From: Candidatus Hadarchaeota archaeon
GTDB lineage: Archaea; CAYQAE01; CAYVLA01
Length of the DNA: 43,058 bases
Assembly: GCA_964621445.1 (NCBI GenBank)
Contig: CAZUNO010000025.1
Span: forward strand, 1-43,058
Direction: 5' to 3'
The stretch's first letter is position 1; every line of letters begins with the position of its first letter. The position numbers and the translations under genes are program-made. The notes below the pieces were generated by a model. The model had not been told where the DNA came from. It worked only from the letters and a program-made list of their open reading frames with translations, and ran no database searches. Positions 1-9,501 of this stretch are shown here, one piece after another.

Positions 1-389
1 CCAAAACAACCTAAAAACACCCGTTCAAAACCGCCCAACCATCACCCAGAACCCATTCCCCAACTCTCAGATTCTCCACAAGTTACCTCGCATTCCCCTG
101 TCTAACACGGGCTATAGACTCACTATCCAGGTAGCTAAGAAAGGTCTAACTTAGAGTTCAGAGTTAATTTTAAAATACAGACACGGAGTTAAAGCAAGGG
201 GGCCTTCACCCCTTCTTTTCAAGGTCACCCCTCTCTCTTTCCAATCAATATATCCTTATCAACATCTCTCGTATTGCCACTTCAGATTTGGAACTATCAT
301 GCTGAGCGAATTGATTACCCACAATTACTTGTTACCAACGCTGCCTTGATATCCGGTCAACCAGAATACCAATTCAACTGGGCTGCTAC

Positions 390-797
390 TCATGCAACCC
401 CTAGTCTATACTTCTCGAGATCAACCACATTGGCCAGGGAAAACATGCCCACGACTTCGCCCTCATCCTTGACAACTAGATGCTTGATTCCCTTCTCGCC
501 CATAACGGAAAGCGCCTCCGATACCGTCATGTCTGCATCTACACTGATTATCGGGGATGACATAACTTCCGAGACCTGAAGTTCTTTTGGAGATTTCTCG
601 GCAGCTACCACCTTGGCCAAAATATCCCTCTCGGTTATAATACCCACTGGTTCCTTTTCTTCCATAACAACGAGGCTTCCGATGTCCAACTCGGCCATGG
701 TCTTGGATGCCTCAATCACGGTTTCACTCCTCCCTACCGTTAGAACGCCCCTGGTCATGAACGCCCTAACCGCCTCGCTCTTCTTTTCAGCCCACAT
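390..797 (-). CDS. Stand-alone CBS-domain pair (Bateman module) protein
   Basis: 135 aa with two CBS repeats (MTRGVLTV...IGSLVV...PVGIITERD; EVMSSPIISV...IKHLVV...VVGMFS). Confidence 0.9.
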   Translation of the reverse strand: MWAEKKSEAVRAFMTRGVLTVGRSETVIEASKTMAELDIGSLVVMEEKEPVGIITERDILAKVVAAEKSPKELQVSEVMSSPIISVDADMTVSEALSVMGEKGIKHLVVKDEGEVVGMFSLANVVDLEKYRLGVA

Positions 798-876
798 TTC
801 TGACCTGCCTCATAGCCCTAAGACTTCGTTAAGCATTATCAGGGCTAACCGATATATAATCTTCGCCGGGATCCCT

Positions 877-2427
877 TTGGATAAAGCGAAAGACGAGATT
901 TCAATCCTCCAGTTCTCCGATACCCACATCTGGGACGGCCCGACCTTTAACCCACAGGCCTTCAATAAAGCGGTGGAAATGATAAACTCATCGACCGCTG
1001 ACTACTTCATACACACCGGCGATATAACCGAGGAGGGGACCAGGGAGAGCTATGAGATGGCCCGGGCCCTCATATCGGATATTGAGAAGAACGTCATATA
1101 CATTATCGGGAATCATGATGCAAGGAATGTGGGTTACGAGCTCTTCGATGAGTATATAGGACCGACTGAACCGCTATATGTAGACGACAGGGTTCTAATT
1201 GCCGGGTTTGACACCACGGTTCCGGACAGAAATGACGGCAGATTTGGCCCTACCTCGCTCAGGGATCTGCGGGAAACCCTGAGAAGAAATGGCGAGGGGA
1301 AAACCAAGATCGTTGCCTTCCATCACCACCTGATCCCAGTTCCAAGGGCAGGGAGGGAAAGAAGCATGATTATCGATGCCGGGGATGTCATGGAAACCAT
1401 CCTCAGCTACGGCGTCGACCTGGTTCTAAATGGTCATAGACACTATCCAAACATGGTGAGGGTGGAAGATACGGTAATCCTTAACTCCGGAACCACCTCC
1501 AGCAGCAAGACCAGAGCGGGGGATTATCACAACTTCAACTTGATCGAGATATCACCAGGGGAAACATGCCGGTCTAAGGTTCTCAATATAGAGGAACCAA
1601 CTCACAGGACGTTTTCCAGATCCATAGAGAAGTCAAGCAGGCTTGTGGCGGGCAAAGGCAAAAGGATAGCCAGGATCGTTCACATCTCGGATACACATTT
1701 CTCGGACTATCCCGACTTTCTTGCTGAGGCATATGATCTTGCGGTTCAGAGGATTAACCACCTGAACCCCGATCTGGTCGTGCACTGCGGCGATGTGACT
1801 CATGACGGGTTAACTCCCTCATATCAAATTGCGGTTAGGGAACTGCGAAAAATTCTGGCCCCTAAGGTAATACTTCCCGGACCCAGGGACCTACTTCACC
1901 TTGGTCGTCTCATCTTCAGGAAAAGGATCGGTGAATATACACCAACCTTCGAAACTGAAAACTTCCGCCTTCTTGCCTTGAACAGTTCCCAATTCGATGA
2001 AATGAACGGTCGGATCGGGAGGACCCAGCTCCAGGAACTTATCGGAAGAATCTCCGATAGCGATCAGCAAAATCTAAGCCTCGTTGCACTACATCACCAC
2101 CTGCTCCCACTACCACATACGAGGGAAAAATATCCAATTGAGGATTGCGGGGACGTTTTGGCGAACCTGCTACAAAGTAATGTAGACATGGTATTGACGG
2201 GGCACCGACACATATCCCATGCCGAAAAGATAGACAAAACTGTGGTGGTTAACGCCAACACCCTCTCCAGCCGTAGATATCAGGCGAGGTACGGGAATAC
2301 ATTCAATCTCATAGATATCCTATCTGATGGCACCGCTGTAATATCCGAGATAGGCGTCCAGAGTGGGATGAGGAGAATACTTGGAATATATACCCTACCT
2401 TCATCAAGTTCTCGTGGTACAAGCTAG
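877..2427 (+). CDS. Tandem (two-domain) calcineurin-like metallophosphoesterase, Icc/CpdA-like
   Basis: Two motif sets: DTH/GD/GNHD/HHH/GHRH and DTH/GD/GPRD/HHH/GHRH. Start re-called to TTG at 877, downstream of TATA-like GATATATAAT (851-860); the ORF-track start at 613 overlaps the CBS gene. Confidence 0.85.
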   Translation: MDKAKDEISILQFSDTHIWDGPTFNPQAFNKAVEMINSSTADYFIHTGDITEEGTRESYEMARALISDIEKNVIYIIGNHDARNVGYELFDEYIGPTEPLYVDDRVLIAGFDTTVPDRNDGRFGPTSLRDLRETLRRNGEGKTKIVAFHHHLIPVPRAGRERSMIIDAGDVMETILSYGVDLVLNGHRHYPNMVRVEDTVILNSGTTSSSKTRAGDYHNFNLIEISPGETCRSKVLNIEEPTHRTFSRSIEKSSRLVAGKGKRIARIVHISDTHFSDYPDFLAEAYDLAVQRINHLNPDLVVHCGDVTHDGLTPSYQIAVRELRKILAPKVILPGPRDLLHLGRLIFRKRIGEYTPTFETENFRLLALNSSQFDEMNGRIGRTQLQELIGRISDSDQQNLSLVALHHHLLPLPHTREKYPIEDCGDVLANLLQSNVDMVLTGHRHISHAEKIDKTVVVNANTLSSRRYQARYGNTFNLIDILSDGTAVISEIGVQSGMRRILGIYTLPSSSSRGTS

Positions 2428-2467
2428 TGGGGGTAGGACCTTTCATAGAAACAGCCATATTAGCCTC

Positions 2468-3610
2468 TCACCAACCGCAAAGCTCCTTCAACATATTTAC
2501 AAAGTATTTGAAGTTCTCCATAGAGATGTCGGGAGGTACTGCATGGTCCACGCCAGGAAGGTACCCTTTTCTCTCAACTAATGGTGGAACCTTCCTCAGC
2601 ACCTCACTCCGGATTGCCTCCCTACCCCTAGCGAGCGCCCTCTTGTCAATGCCCCCCATCATGACCAGGCTCGGGTACTTTTCCCCCAGTTCGGCAACAT
2701 CCATTCCCGCAGCAACCTCACAGGGCGTTGTACCATCAATATCGAGCTCAAGCCAGGATGGAATCAAGGGTTCGACATAACCGTCGCTATCAACCAGCAC
2801 GGTATTGACTCCATGACCCTTGAGAAAATCGACCAGATCACGGTAGGCATCTCCCATAAATTCCATCATCGTTTGGGGGCCGATCATCGGTCCGTTCTTG
2901 TAACCCATGTCCTCGTTCAAAATAACGTATTCCAGATCCACGGACTCGAGAGCTCTGCGCAGGGCCTCTATCTGGAATTCCGCACAGAAATCCATAATGT
3001 CCTTGATCAGCTCCGGTTCCCTATGTATTCCCGTCGAGATTTTCTTGAGTCCGACCATATCCCGGGTCCACCAGAAGGGTCCTCTAATGGTTGCCGAGAG
3101 AGGATAATCCCTCTCCCTGTAATCGGCGGCCATCTGGTCCCAGTTCTCGGGATATCTCCTGGGGTCCTTTGGATCGTATCTATCCTTGATCTTCTCGAAA
3201 TCCTGCCTGGTCTTGACCGGAAACTCCATGAATACCCTGGTGGCGAAGCCCATCCACCCGTTCTCCCAGTCCTCTTGAAATCCCCTCTGCTTGATTCCCA
3301 GGCTATCTATCCATACCCTGTATCGATCATCCGATTCCAGGATTCTGTGTTCGAAAGGCGGTATGGGTCCCAGTTCTACCCTTTTTCCGCTGGGATTCCA
3401 CTCAAAACCTTCACCCGGGCAGGATGCAATTCCAACTGAACCCAGCGTGCTTTCCTCGAAGCCCAGGTAATCGGGAACCCGCCTGTCCTCGGGCAGCCCC
3501 TGCTCCAACCAGGCCTCACGCGTGAGTGGCCTGACCCCACCAACCGCAAGGGGTATGCGGTCCGGATCCCCAAAATTAGCAACTTCAAGGTATCTTTCCC
3601 TTCGGTTCAT
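2468..3610 (-). CDS. Uroporphyrinogen decarboxylase (URO-D)/MtaA-CmuA methyltransferase superfamily protein
   Basis: N-terminal MNRRERY..PDRIP, EDMGYKNGPMIGP, DSDG, MGGIDK and GYLPGVDHAVPPD, typical of this TIM-barrel family. Confidence 0.85.
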   Translation of the reverse strand: MNRRERYLEVANFGDPDRIPLAVGGVRPLTREAWLEQGLPEDRRVPDYLGFEESTLGSVGIASCPGEGFEWNPSGKRVELGPIPPFEHRILESDDRYRVWIDSLGIKQRGFQEDWENGWMGFATRVFMEFPVKTRQDFEKIKDRYDPKDPRRYPENWDQMAADYRERDYPLSATIRGPFWWTRDMVGLKKISTGIHREPELIKDIMDFCAEFQIEALRRALESVDLEYVILNEDMGYKNGPMIGPQTMMEFMGDAYRDLVDFLKGHGVNTVLVDSDGYVEPLIPSWLELDIDGTTPCEVAAGMDVAELGEKYPSLVMMGGIDKRALARGREAIRSEVLRKVPPLVERKGYLPGVDHAVPPDISMENFKYFVNMLKELCGW

Positions 3611-3648
3611 CGATAATCTTGCTCCGGGGCAGGAAAATAACGATTGTT

Positions 3649-3671
3649 CATAAATTGGTCATTAATTTATG
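3649..3671. promoter_or_regulatory. Inverted repeat CATAAATT-N7-AATTTATG, candidate transcription-factor operator
   Basis: Perfect 8-bp arms about 40-60 bp upstream of the URO-D gene start at 3610. Confidence 0.4.
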
Positions 3672-3871
3672 GGATCAGCCTTGCCCATTATCATTTTGGT
3701 TAGTTGGATCCTTATAGCGCTCGGCGGAAACCAACGTCCCCCCGCCCCACCCCTGAAGATAGCGATGGGATAGCAAGAACACGATCGTTAAAAATGCGCA
3801 CCCTAGCCATGACCCTTGTTCCCATTATTTCCCCTGAAAGATCGGTTCGTCGGATGTCTGGTCATGTATTT

Positions 3872-5170
3872 CTATTCGCCCTCGCTAAGCCATCTTTCCG
3901 GGAGTATTTTTCCAAGCAGGAAGAACTTCCGATCCGGGTACCATAGAACGGGCTTTTCGTCAACCCAAGTGAAGCTTGAATACATAGCCAGGTCACAGCG
4001 GCCATCACCGTAACCGATCGGCACCCCATCATTGTCCATCAGGAACCTTGGTCCCGAGAACCGGATCGGTTGTTCGGCTCCATCGCAGAAACAACCCCTC
4101 GATACATACACGGGCCTTCTATTGCGGGTTGTGTCTCGTGGGCCCCAGGGACCAAAATGCCCGTCGTGATTATGATAAAGCAGGGCGTACCTTCCATCAC
4201 CAATGGTATATATAGGACAGGGGCTCACCGGATGCATCACCGGTGGTCCCTGGTCGTGATACAGGAGGGGTTTGGGGTTTGACCATCGCCTACCACCATC
4301 CTCCGATACGCTATAGTAGGGACTTCCTCTCGTTGTTCGCATGATACTGAAAAGACGTCCATCGGGCAAAACCACGATGCTGGGTTCCTGTACAACGCTC
4401 ACATCCGGATGTCCCTCAAGCGGCACTTTGAGGGCTTTCTTTCCTGACATGTGGTAGCTTATATCCAGATCACCGGGATCCGGGTCGCTATCCAGGTTCT
4501 CAAACCTCATGAACTCAACCACGGAGGCCTTTGCCCACCATATATCCATGGGGTCCCGGGGACGAACCCGGGGACTAATCCACCTAGTGAACCCGGCCAG
4601 GTATTTTCCATTCGAAACCCTATGGGGCCTCTGCCATACGATCCAGTTGGCTGGGACATCGGTATCCGGGTTATCCCAGCAGCTCCTGGGCATGGGAATC
4701 TCCTGCTCTTTCGACCAAGTATCACCAAGGTCGTCGGAAAACCTAGCGGCCATCAATCCCGTGGTGTGGGTGAACACGTCATTTATTCCGGTATGGAGAT
4801 TATACAGGACATAGATCCTTCCCGATTTAGATACCATGGGAAATCCCCAGCTGGCCATCCCCTTTCCCGTTTTCGGGTCAGCATCCGCCCCGGCTATGGT
4901 CACCGGTTTGGTCCACTTTCTGCCCCTTGGGCTCTTGGAGAACACGATGTGCTGGTCAGGGCATCCCTCACGTGTGCTCTGGGTCCATACCGACATCAAT
5001 GTCCCGTCAGGGGCCTTAAATACCATGAAATGCTCGTTACCGGTATCATGTTTACTACCATCGATGCTGGAGGGTACGTAGACCAAGAAGTCGGGCTTGG
5101 TCCTACCTATTTCGCTACCAAACTGGGATGGAATTGACGATCTGCAACCATAATTCATTGCGATCACCAT
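3872..5170 (-). CDS. Sialidase/BNR (Asp-box) beta-propeller family protein
   Basis: Asp-box repeats FSDDLGDTW and VSEDGGRRW; QEPSIVVLPDGRL..MRT motif; start overlaps the marC stop (TAATG coupling). Confidence 0.75.
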   Translation of the reverse strand: MVIAMNYGCRSSIPSQFGSEIGRTKPDFLVYVPSSIDGSKHDTGNEHFMVFKAPDGTLMSVWTQSTREGCPDQHIVFSKSPRGRKWTKPVTIAGADADPKTGKGMASWGFPMVSKSGRIYVLYNLHTGINDVFTHTTGLMAARFSDDLGDTWSKEQEIPMPRSCWDNPDTDVPANWIVWQRPHRVSNGKYLAGFTRWISPRVRPRDPMDIWWAKASVVEFMRFENLDSDPDPGDLDISYHMSGKKALKVPLEGHPDVSVVQEPSIVVLPDGRLFSIMRTTRGSPYYSVSEDGGRRWSNPKPLLYHDQGPPVMHPVSPCPIYTIGDGRYALLYHNHDGHFGPWGPRDTTRNRRPVYVSRGCFCDGAEQPIRFSGPRFLMDNDGVPIGYGDGRCDLAMYSSFTWVDEKPVLWYPDRKFFLLGKILPERWLSEGE

Positions 5171-5802
5171 TATGCCGTTAGATAGGGCAGGGTATTCTTA
5201 ACGCCGTCCACAACGAAGTTCACGGCTATGGCGGTGAGCAGAAGACCGATAACCCTTCGAATCACGCGCATTCCGGTTATACCTATCTTATTCATCAATC
5301 TGGCTCCCATGAAAAGAATCATGAATGATGCAAACATCACCGCTATAAGAACGCCCAACAACCCGGCTTTTTGGGTCATGCCCTCAACCTTGGTCCCGTA
5401 GACGATGCATGTCGTTATGGCACCTGGCCCCGCCAACAGGGGTATGCTTAGAGGAAAAACTGCGATATCCTCCCTGTTCATGGCCTCCGCCTCCTCCTCC
5501 CTTGTGGTCTTGGTCTGGAAGGACCTGGCCCTCAACAAATCCCATCCAATCACGAAAAGCACTATCCCAGCCGCTATCTCAAAGCTGCTGAGCCTAAGAT
5601 GGAGAACATCCAGGATGCTTCTACCTGCCAGGGAAAAAGCGACCAATACCGCTGAGGCTATGATAACCGCCCTTTCAATTATCCATCTCCTGGACTCCGA
5701 AGAAAAACCATCGGTCGCGGCAACGAAAAAGGGGATATTGCCGATGGAATCAACGATGCTAAATAGAGTGACCCCGAAGGTTAGAAGGAGTTCTTGGTTC
5801 AC
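5170..5802 (-). CDS. marC: MarC family membrane protein
   Basis: LFSIVDSIGNIPFF, IAVFPLSIPLLAGPGAI and RVIGLLLTAIAV motifs; about 6 TM segments. Confidence 0.92.
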   Translation of the reverse strand: MNQELLLTFGVTLFSIVDSIGNIPFFVAATDGFSSESRRWIIERAVIIASAVLVAFSLAGRSILDVLHLRLSSFEIAAGIVLFVIGWDLLRARSFQTKTTREEEAEAMNREDIAVFPLSIPLLAGPGAITTCIVYGTKVEGMTQKAGLLGVLIAVMFASFMILFMGARLMNKIGITGMRVIRRVIGLLLTAIAVNFVVDGVKNTLPYLTA

Positions 5803-5895
5803 GCGGTAGATATTGCTCGCATGGCTATTATTTTGTTTGGGAGCCCGATATTTGACCTGTACCAGAAACTTGAAGGCCCTTGGTGATTTTATGCA

Positions 5896-7329
5896 TCATT
5901 CTATGGTTGACTGGGCGTAGTCAGGTAGGTAATCGGGCAAAAGATCCTCGAGAATTGGATACCGACCGGTAAAGCATCCCGTACACACCCCACAATCAAT
6001 ATCAAGCGACTCCAGCATGTCCTTTACGGTAGGATAGTAAACCCTGTCTGCGCCCAGCCTCTCGGCCACCGAGACCGCGATGTCCTCCACGGGCTCTCCA
6101 TAGCGCCCAAATGCCGCCGGCGTGCTTCGGGGGTAGAAATCCTTCATACAGGGCCCGGTAAGTGGAGCACAGGACACCATCATGTCCACCTCCTCGGCCC
6201 CCGAGGAGCGGATTTTACCGATCATTCCCTTGCCCCCCACCGTCCCCCTCACGATGCTATCGTCCACAACTATGACCTTGGAATCCCTAACGATGGGTCC
6301 GTTGATCAGGAACTTGACCTCGGCAGCCAGATCTCTCAGTTTCTCGTCGGTTATCTGGAAGGTTCTCCTCCCGTTCTTGGAGGCTATCTCCTCCGAGTGC
6401 TTCCCCGTGGCCTGGCTAAGACCGATTCCAAAAGCCCTACCAGAGTCGGGCGAGGCCCCGACAATTCCAGCCTCCTGAATCTCCTTTTCATATCGCTTCC
6501 CCATCTTCATCCCCTGCTTTCTCCTGAAATCATAAACGTGAGTACCCTCTATTACCGACTGGATGCGGGCGAAGTAGATCCATTCGAAAATGCAGTGAGC
6601 ATGTGGCTTCTCGACCAGCTTCTCGAACCTGGGTCCCTGGTCCTCAAAGATGCATATCTCTCCCGGCTCTATGTACTTGATGAATTCGGCCTCGGTTTCA
6701 TCCAGGGCGACCGACTCGGAGGCCACGACGTGGGTCCCATCCCGACCACCGATGCATAGCGGTCTCACCCCTGTAGGGTCCCTGAAAGCCACCATGAAGG
6801 GGTGTTTCCCCCTCTCCTTTATCATCATCGTAACGCAGTAGTAGCCCCTGCCGTAGAAATCCTCCATGAGGTCCCTCGTCGCCTTCTCCACATCCCCGTC
6901 ATGCCGTCTGAAGCGGGTCAGGAACTCCCTGCCCAGATGCTTCTCATCCAAGAGCCCGCTCTTGCCCACGATGGTCCCGTCCATGGCCATGGCTATCTCG
7001 AAGTCCTTGGTCCTCAGTCGCAAGGGCTGGACGTTGCCTGATTTCTCGAAAAGCGTATGGCCTATCATCGCGTGAGGGCGGGTGGCATCGATCTTCTCCA
7101 GCCTGGGGTAGAGGAACTCGAAGACCTTGCTGCTCTCCCTGCCCTCGGCGGCATGTCCACCGTCAGGGTCGTCCGATGTCGGTGAAAGCCAGTAGAGAAG
7201 CTTTTTGTGGGAGGCGGTGCAGATTCCACACCCCGCTTCCCCCCTATTCTGGAGAGAGACCAAGGCCTTGAAAGCCGTTTTTGTCGTGTTCTCGTCATTC
7301 TCCGATTTAACGCCTATCACACCTGAAAT
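5896..7329 (-). CDS. purF: Amidophosphoribosyltransferase (PurF)-like protein with degenerate glutaminase domain
   Basis: RDPTGVRPL, VASESVALD, CIFEWIYFAR, PRPP loop VVDDSIVRGT and C-terminal CTGCFTGRYP. Probable ATT start at 7329 (N-terminus M-S-G-V-I-G) after SD GAGGTG; the alternative is GTG at 7320. Confidence 0.85.
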   Translation of the reverse strand: MSGVIGVKSENDENTTKTAFKALVSLQNRGEAGCGICTASHKKLLYWLSPTSDDPDGGHAAEGRESSKVFEFLYPRLEKIDATRPHAMIGHTLFEKSGNVQPLRLRTKDFEIAMAMDGTIVGKSGLLDEKHLGREFLTRFRRHDGDVEKATRDLMEDFYGRGYYCVTMMIKERGKHPFMVAFRDPTGVRPLCIGGRDGTHVVASESVALDETEAEFIKYIEPGEICIFEDQGPRFEKLVEKPHAHCIFEWIYFARIQSVIEGTHVYDFRRKQGMKMGKRYEKEIQEAGIVGASPDSGRAFGIGLSQATGKHSEEIASKNGRRTFQITDEKLRDLAAEVKFLINGPIVRDSKVIVVDDSIVRGTVGGKGMIGKIRSSGAEEVDMMVSCAPLTGPCMKDFYPRSTPAAFGRYGEPVEDIAVSVAERLGADRVYYPTVKDMLESLDIDCGVCTGCFTGRYPILEDLLPDYLPDYAQSTIE

Positions 7330-7480
7330 GGTGACACCTCAGAAATGCGGATGAATAATTGAAAACAGAGGGGATTAAAAACTCTCCCTGCCAGGGAAAT
7401 AACTAAATTTGGAGGCCTTCTCTCCATTATCACCGACTGGAGCCCAAGTCCAGCTCCGGAATCAATAATGGTGTTCACCC

Positions 7481-8593
7481 TTGCAACCAAGAGACAGATT
7501 TCTCAGCGCAGTTCAGCTAGAAGAACCGGACATAGTTCCCTTTACCGATCTATGCCTTGATCCTCCAATAGTGGAGGCCATTACCGGGGACAAGCTAGAA
7601 GGCGAGAGCTTCCTGACCTTCGGTGGGGACAGCCCCTGGGAAACGGCGATTAGAAACAGGGGACAGCTCTCCAGAGCCTGCCTTAAACTGGGCTTTGACG
7701 CCGTTCCCGCAGTAAGCGACTATTCCATATGCAGCAAGGATTATCATCCCCGCGAGCTTGGCGATGGCCGTTTCGTCGACGAGTGGGGCAGGATAATGGA
7801 ATCCCGAAGCGATACCAAGACCACCTGGTGGTTGGACGGGGTAGTCAAGAACGAAGAGGAAAAGAAATCATACAGACCTCCCGACCCTGATGAGGGGGAA
7901 ACTTCCTCCCTTGTGAAAAGGATAATGGAACCCCTGGTAGACCAGGACGTGGCCATGATGGCCCAGGGACACGAGGGATGGCACATGGCCTTCCAGATCC
8001 GCGGAGGTATGGACAAGCTGGTCATAGACATGTACAGACACCCGAGGACAACCAAGAAGTTTCTGTCCCGGATATCCGATGCCTGCTTCAAGATGATCAG
8101 GCTCATGGTTGAGGGAGGAGCCGATGTCATCTTCATTACCGATGACTACGCCGATAACAAGTTGCCCTTTGTAAACCCCGAGATGTTTAGGGAATTCATC
8201 GCGCCTAACATGCGGAGAATAGGAAGGTATGCCAGGAAGAAGGGTCTCCCCCTTTTGAAGCATTCAGATGGGAACGTGGAACCCATAATGGAGGACATGA
8301 TCAAGGCCGGCATTAACGGGATCCATCCCGTTGAACAGGGACCAATGGACCTGGGAGAGGCAAAAAGCGAATACGGGGATAAAATCTGCGTGCTGGGAAA
8401 CGTTGACTGCAAGTACGTTCTTCCACAGGGTTCTCCGGAAGATGTGAAGGAGGAGGTCCAGCGATGCCTGGATTCCGCAGCACCGGGGGGAGGATACATC
8501 CTGTCCACCAGCAATTCGATACATGCCAACTGTGACGTCCAAAACGTCCGTACAATGGTGGATTACGCCCGGAAAGTGGGAAGGTATTCCTGA
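7481..8593 (+). CDS. URO-D/methyltransferase superfamily protein
   Basis: MQPRDRF..EPDIVP, DEWG, TDDYAD, HSDGN, GNVDC, GGYILSTSNSIH. Confidence 0.88.
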   Translation: MQPRDRFLSAVQLEEPDIVPFTDLCLDPPIVEAITGDKLEGESFLTFGGDSPWETAIRNRGQLSRACLKLGFDAVPAVSDYSICSKDYHPRELGDGRFVDEWGRIMESRSDTKTTWWLDGVVKNEEEKKSYRPPDPDEGETSSLVKRIMEPLVDQDVAMMAQGHEGWHMAFQIRGGMDKLVIDMYRHPRTTKKFLSRISDACFKMIRLMVEGGADVIFITDDYADNKLPFVNPEMFREFIAPNMRRIGRYARKKGLPLLKHSDGNVEPIMEDMIKAGINGIHPVEQGPMDLGEAKSEYGDKICVLGNVDCKYVLPQGSPEDVKEEVQRCLDSAAPGGGYILSTSNSIHANCDVQNVRTMVDYARKVGRYS

Positions 8594-8609
8594 ATTCGAG
8601 CATTGGGCC

Positions 8610-9485
8610 CTAGACGTGGGTTGAAAGGAAACGGTTAACCTTTCCAAACACGCGGCAAACCTCATCATTGTCCAGTCCCTGGCCATCGAACCCGTGCCCG
8701 GCTTCGGGCAGAAGCAGGAGATCATGGTCTACACCATGATGCTCCAACTCCCTCGACATGTCAGCGGATTGGGAGTAGGGCACGTCGGTGTCCTTTTTGC
8801 CGTGTATTAGCATCGTGGGAGGAAAATCAGGGGTTACGTTTCTGATCGGGCAGAATGGTAAAAATACCTCCGGATTTTTGGCAGGATCAAACCCGGTGAC
8901 CAACTCGGGCCACAGACCCTTCTGCCTAAGGTAGAGGTAGAAATCCCATCTTCCCGGGTCATCGGTATGGGATATAATCTCCTTTCCAACCGCTGAATAT
9001 GCCCTCTCGCGTGAAACCGCGGGGAGATTGCAGTAGTATGGATCTGGGTCTTTATACCAGGGAGCGGTGATGTCCCCATATCCATAGAATGAGACTATGG
9101 CTCTCGGAGGAGGACCCAAGCGGAACCCACCCATTAGCGCCAGGTACCCCCCGGCAGAATGTCCAATAATGGCCAGGCGGTCATCATCAATATCCATGGC
9201 TCGAGAGGCGCCCAGAATCCATTCATAGGCATCGGTGATATCATGGATTATGGAGGGTAGTTTTGTCTCCGGGGCAAGTCTGTAGTCGATGGAAATCAGG
9301 TTGTACCCCTGCTCAAGGTAGAAATCCAGCTGATCGGGCTTGATGTTCCCCCGGTTCCCTCCTATCAGGGCGCCACCGTGAATCCAGACTAATCCTGGTC
9401 TGGAGTCCCCGGGTATGTAGTAGAGATCGGCCTGGATGGCGCATGAACCCGCAACCTTGTAGGTATGGGTTATCTTCCGGGGCAT
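8610..9485 (-). CDS. Alpha/beta hydrolase (HSL/BD-FAE-like esterase)
   Basis: HGG oxyanion motif, DYRLAPE, nucleophile GHSAG, HGKKD..VP and GHGF; start re-called to ATG at 9485. Confidence 0.88.
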   Translation of the reverse strand: MPRKITHTYKVAGSCAIQADLYYIPGDSRPGLVWIHGGALIGGNRGNIKPDQLDFYLEQGYNLISIDYRLAPETKLPSIIHDITDAYEWILGASRAMDIDDDRLAIIGHSAGGYLALMGGFRLGPPPRAIVSFYGYGDITAPWYKDPDPYYCNLPAVSRERAYSAVGKEIISHTDDPGRWDFYLYLRQKGLWPELVTGFDPAKNPEVFLPFCPIRNVTPDFPPTMLIHGKKDTDVPYSQSADMSRELEHHGVDHDLLLLPEAGHGFDGQGLDNDEVCRVFGKVNRFLSTHV

Positions 9486-9501
9486 ATTCCGACCCGCCCA
9501 T

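Noticed and set aside
613-876. N-terminal extension of the metallophosphoesterase ORF (likewise 10969-11223, 9486-9569, 12711-12842, 17182-17319, 31508-31600)
   Set aside because: These extensions overlap neighbouring genes or promoter regions; better starts exist downstream
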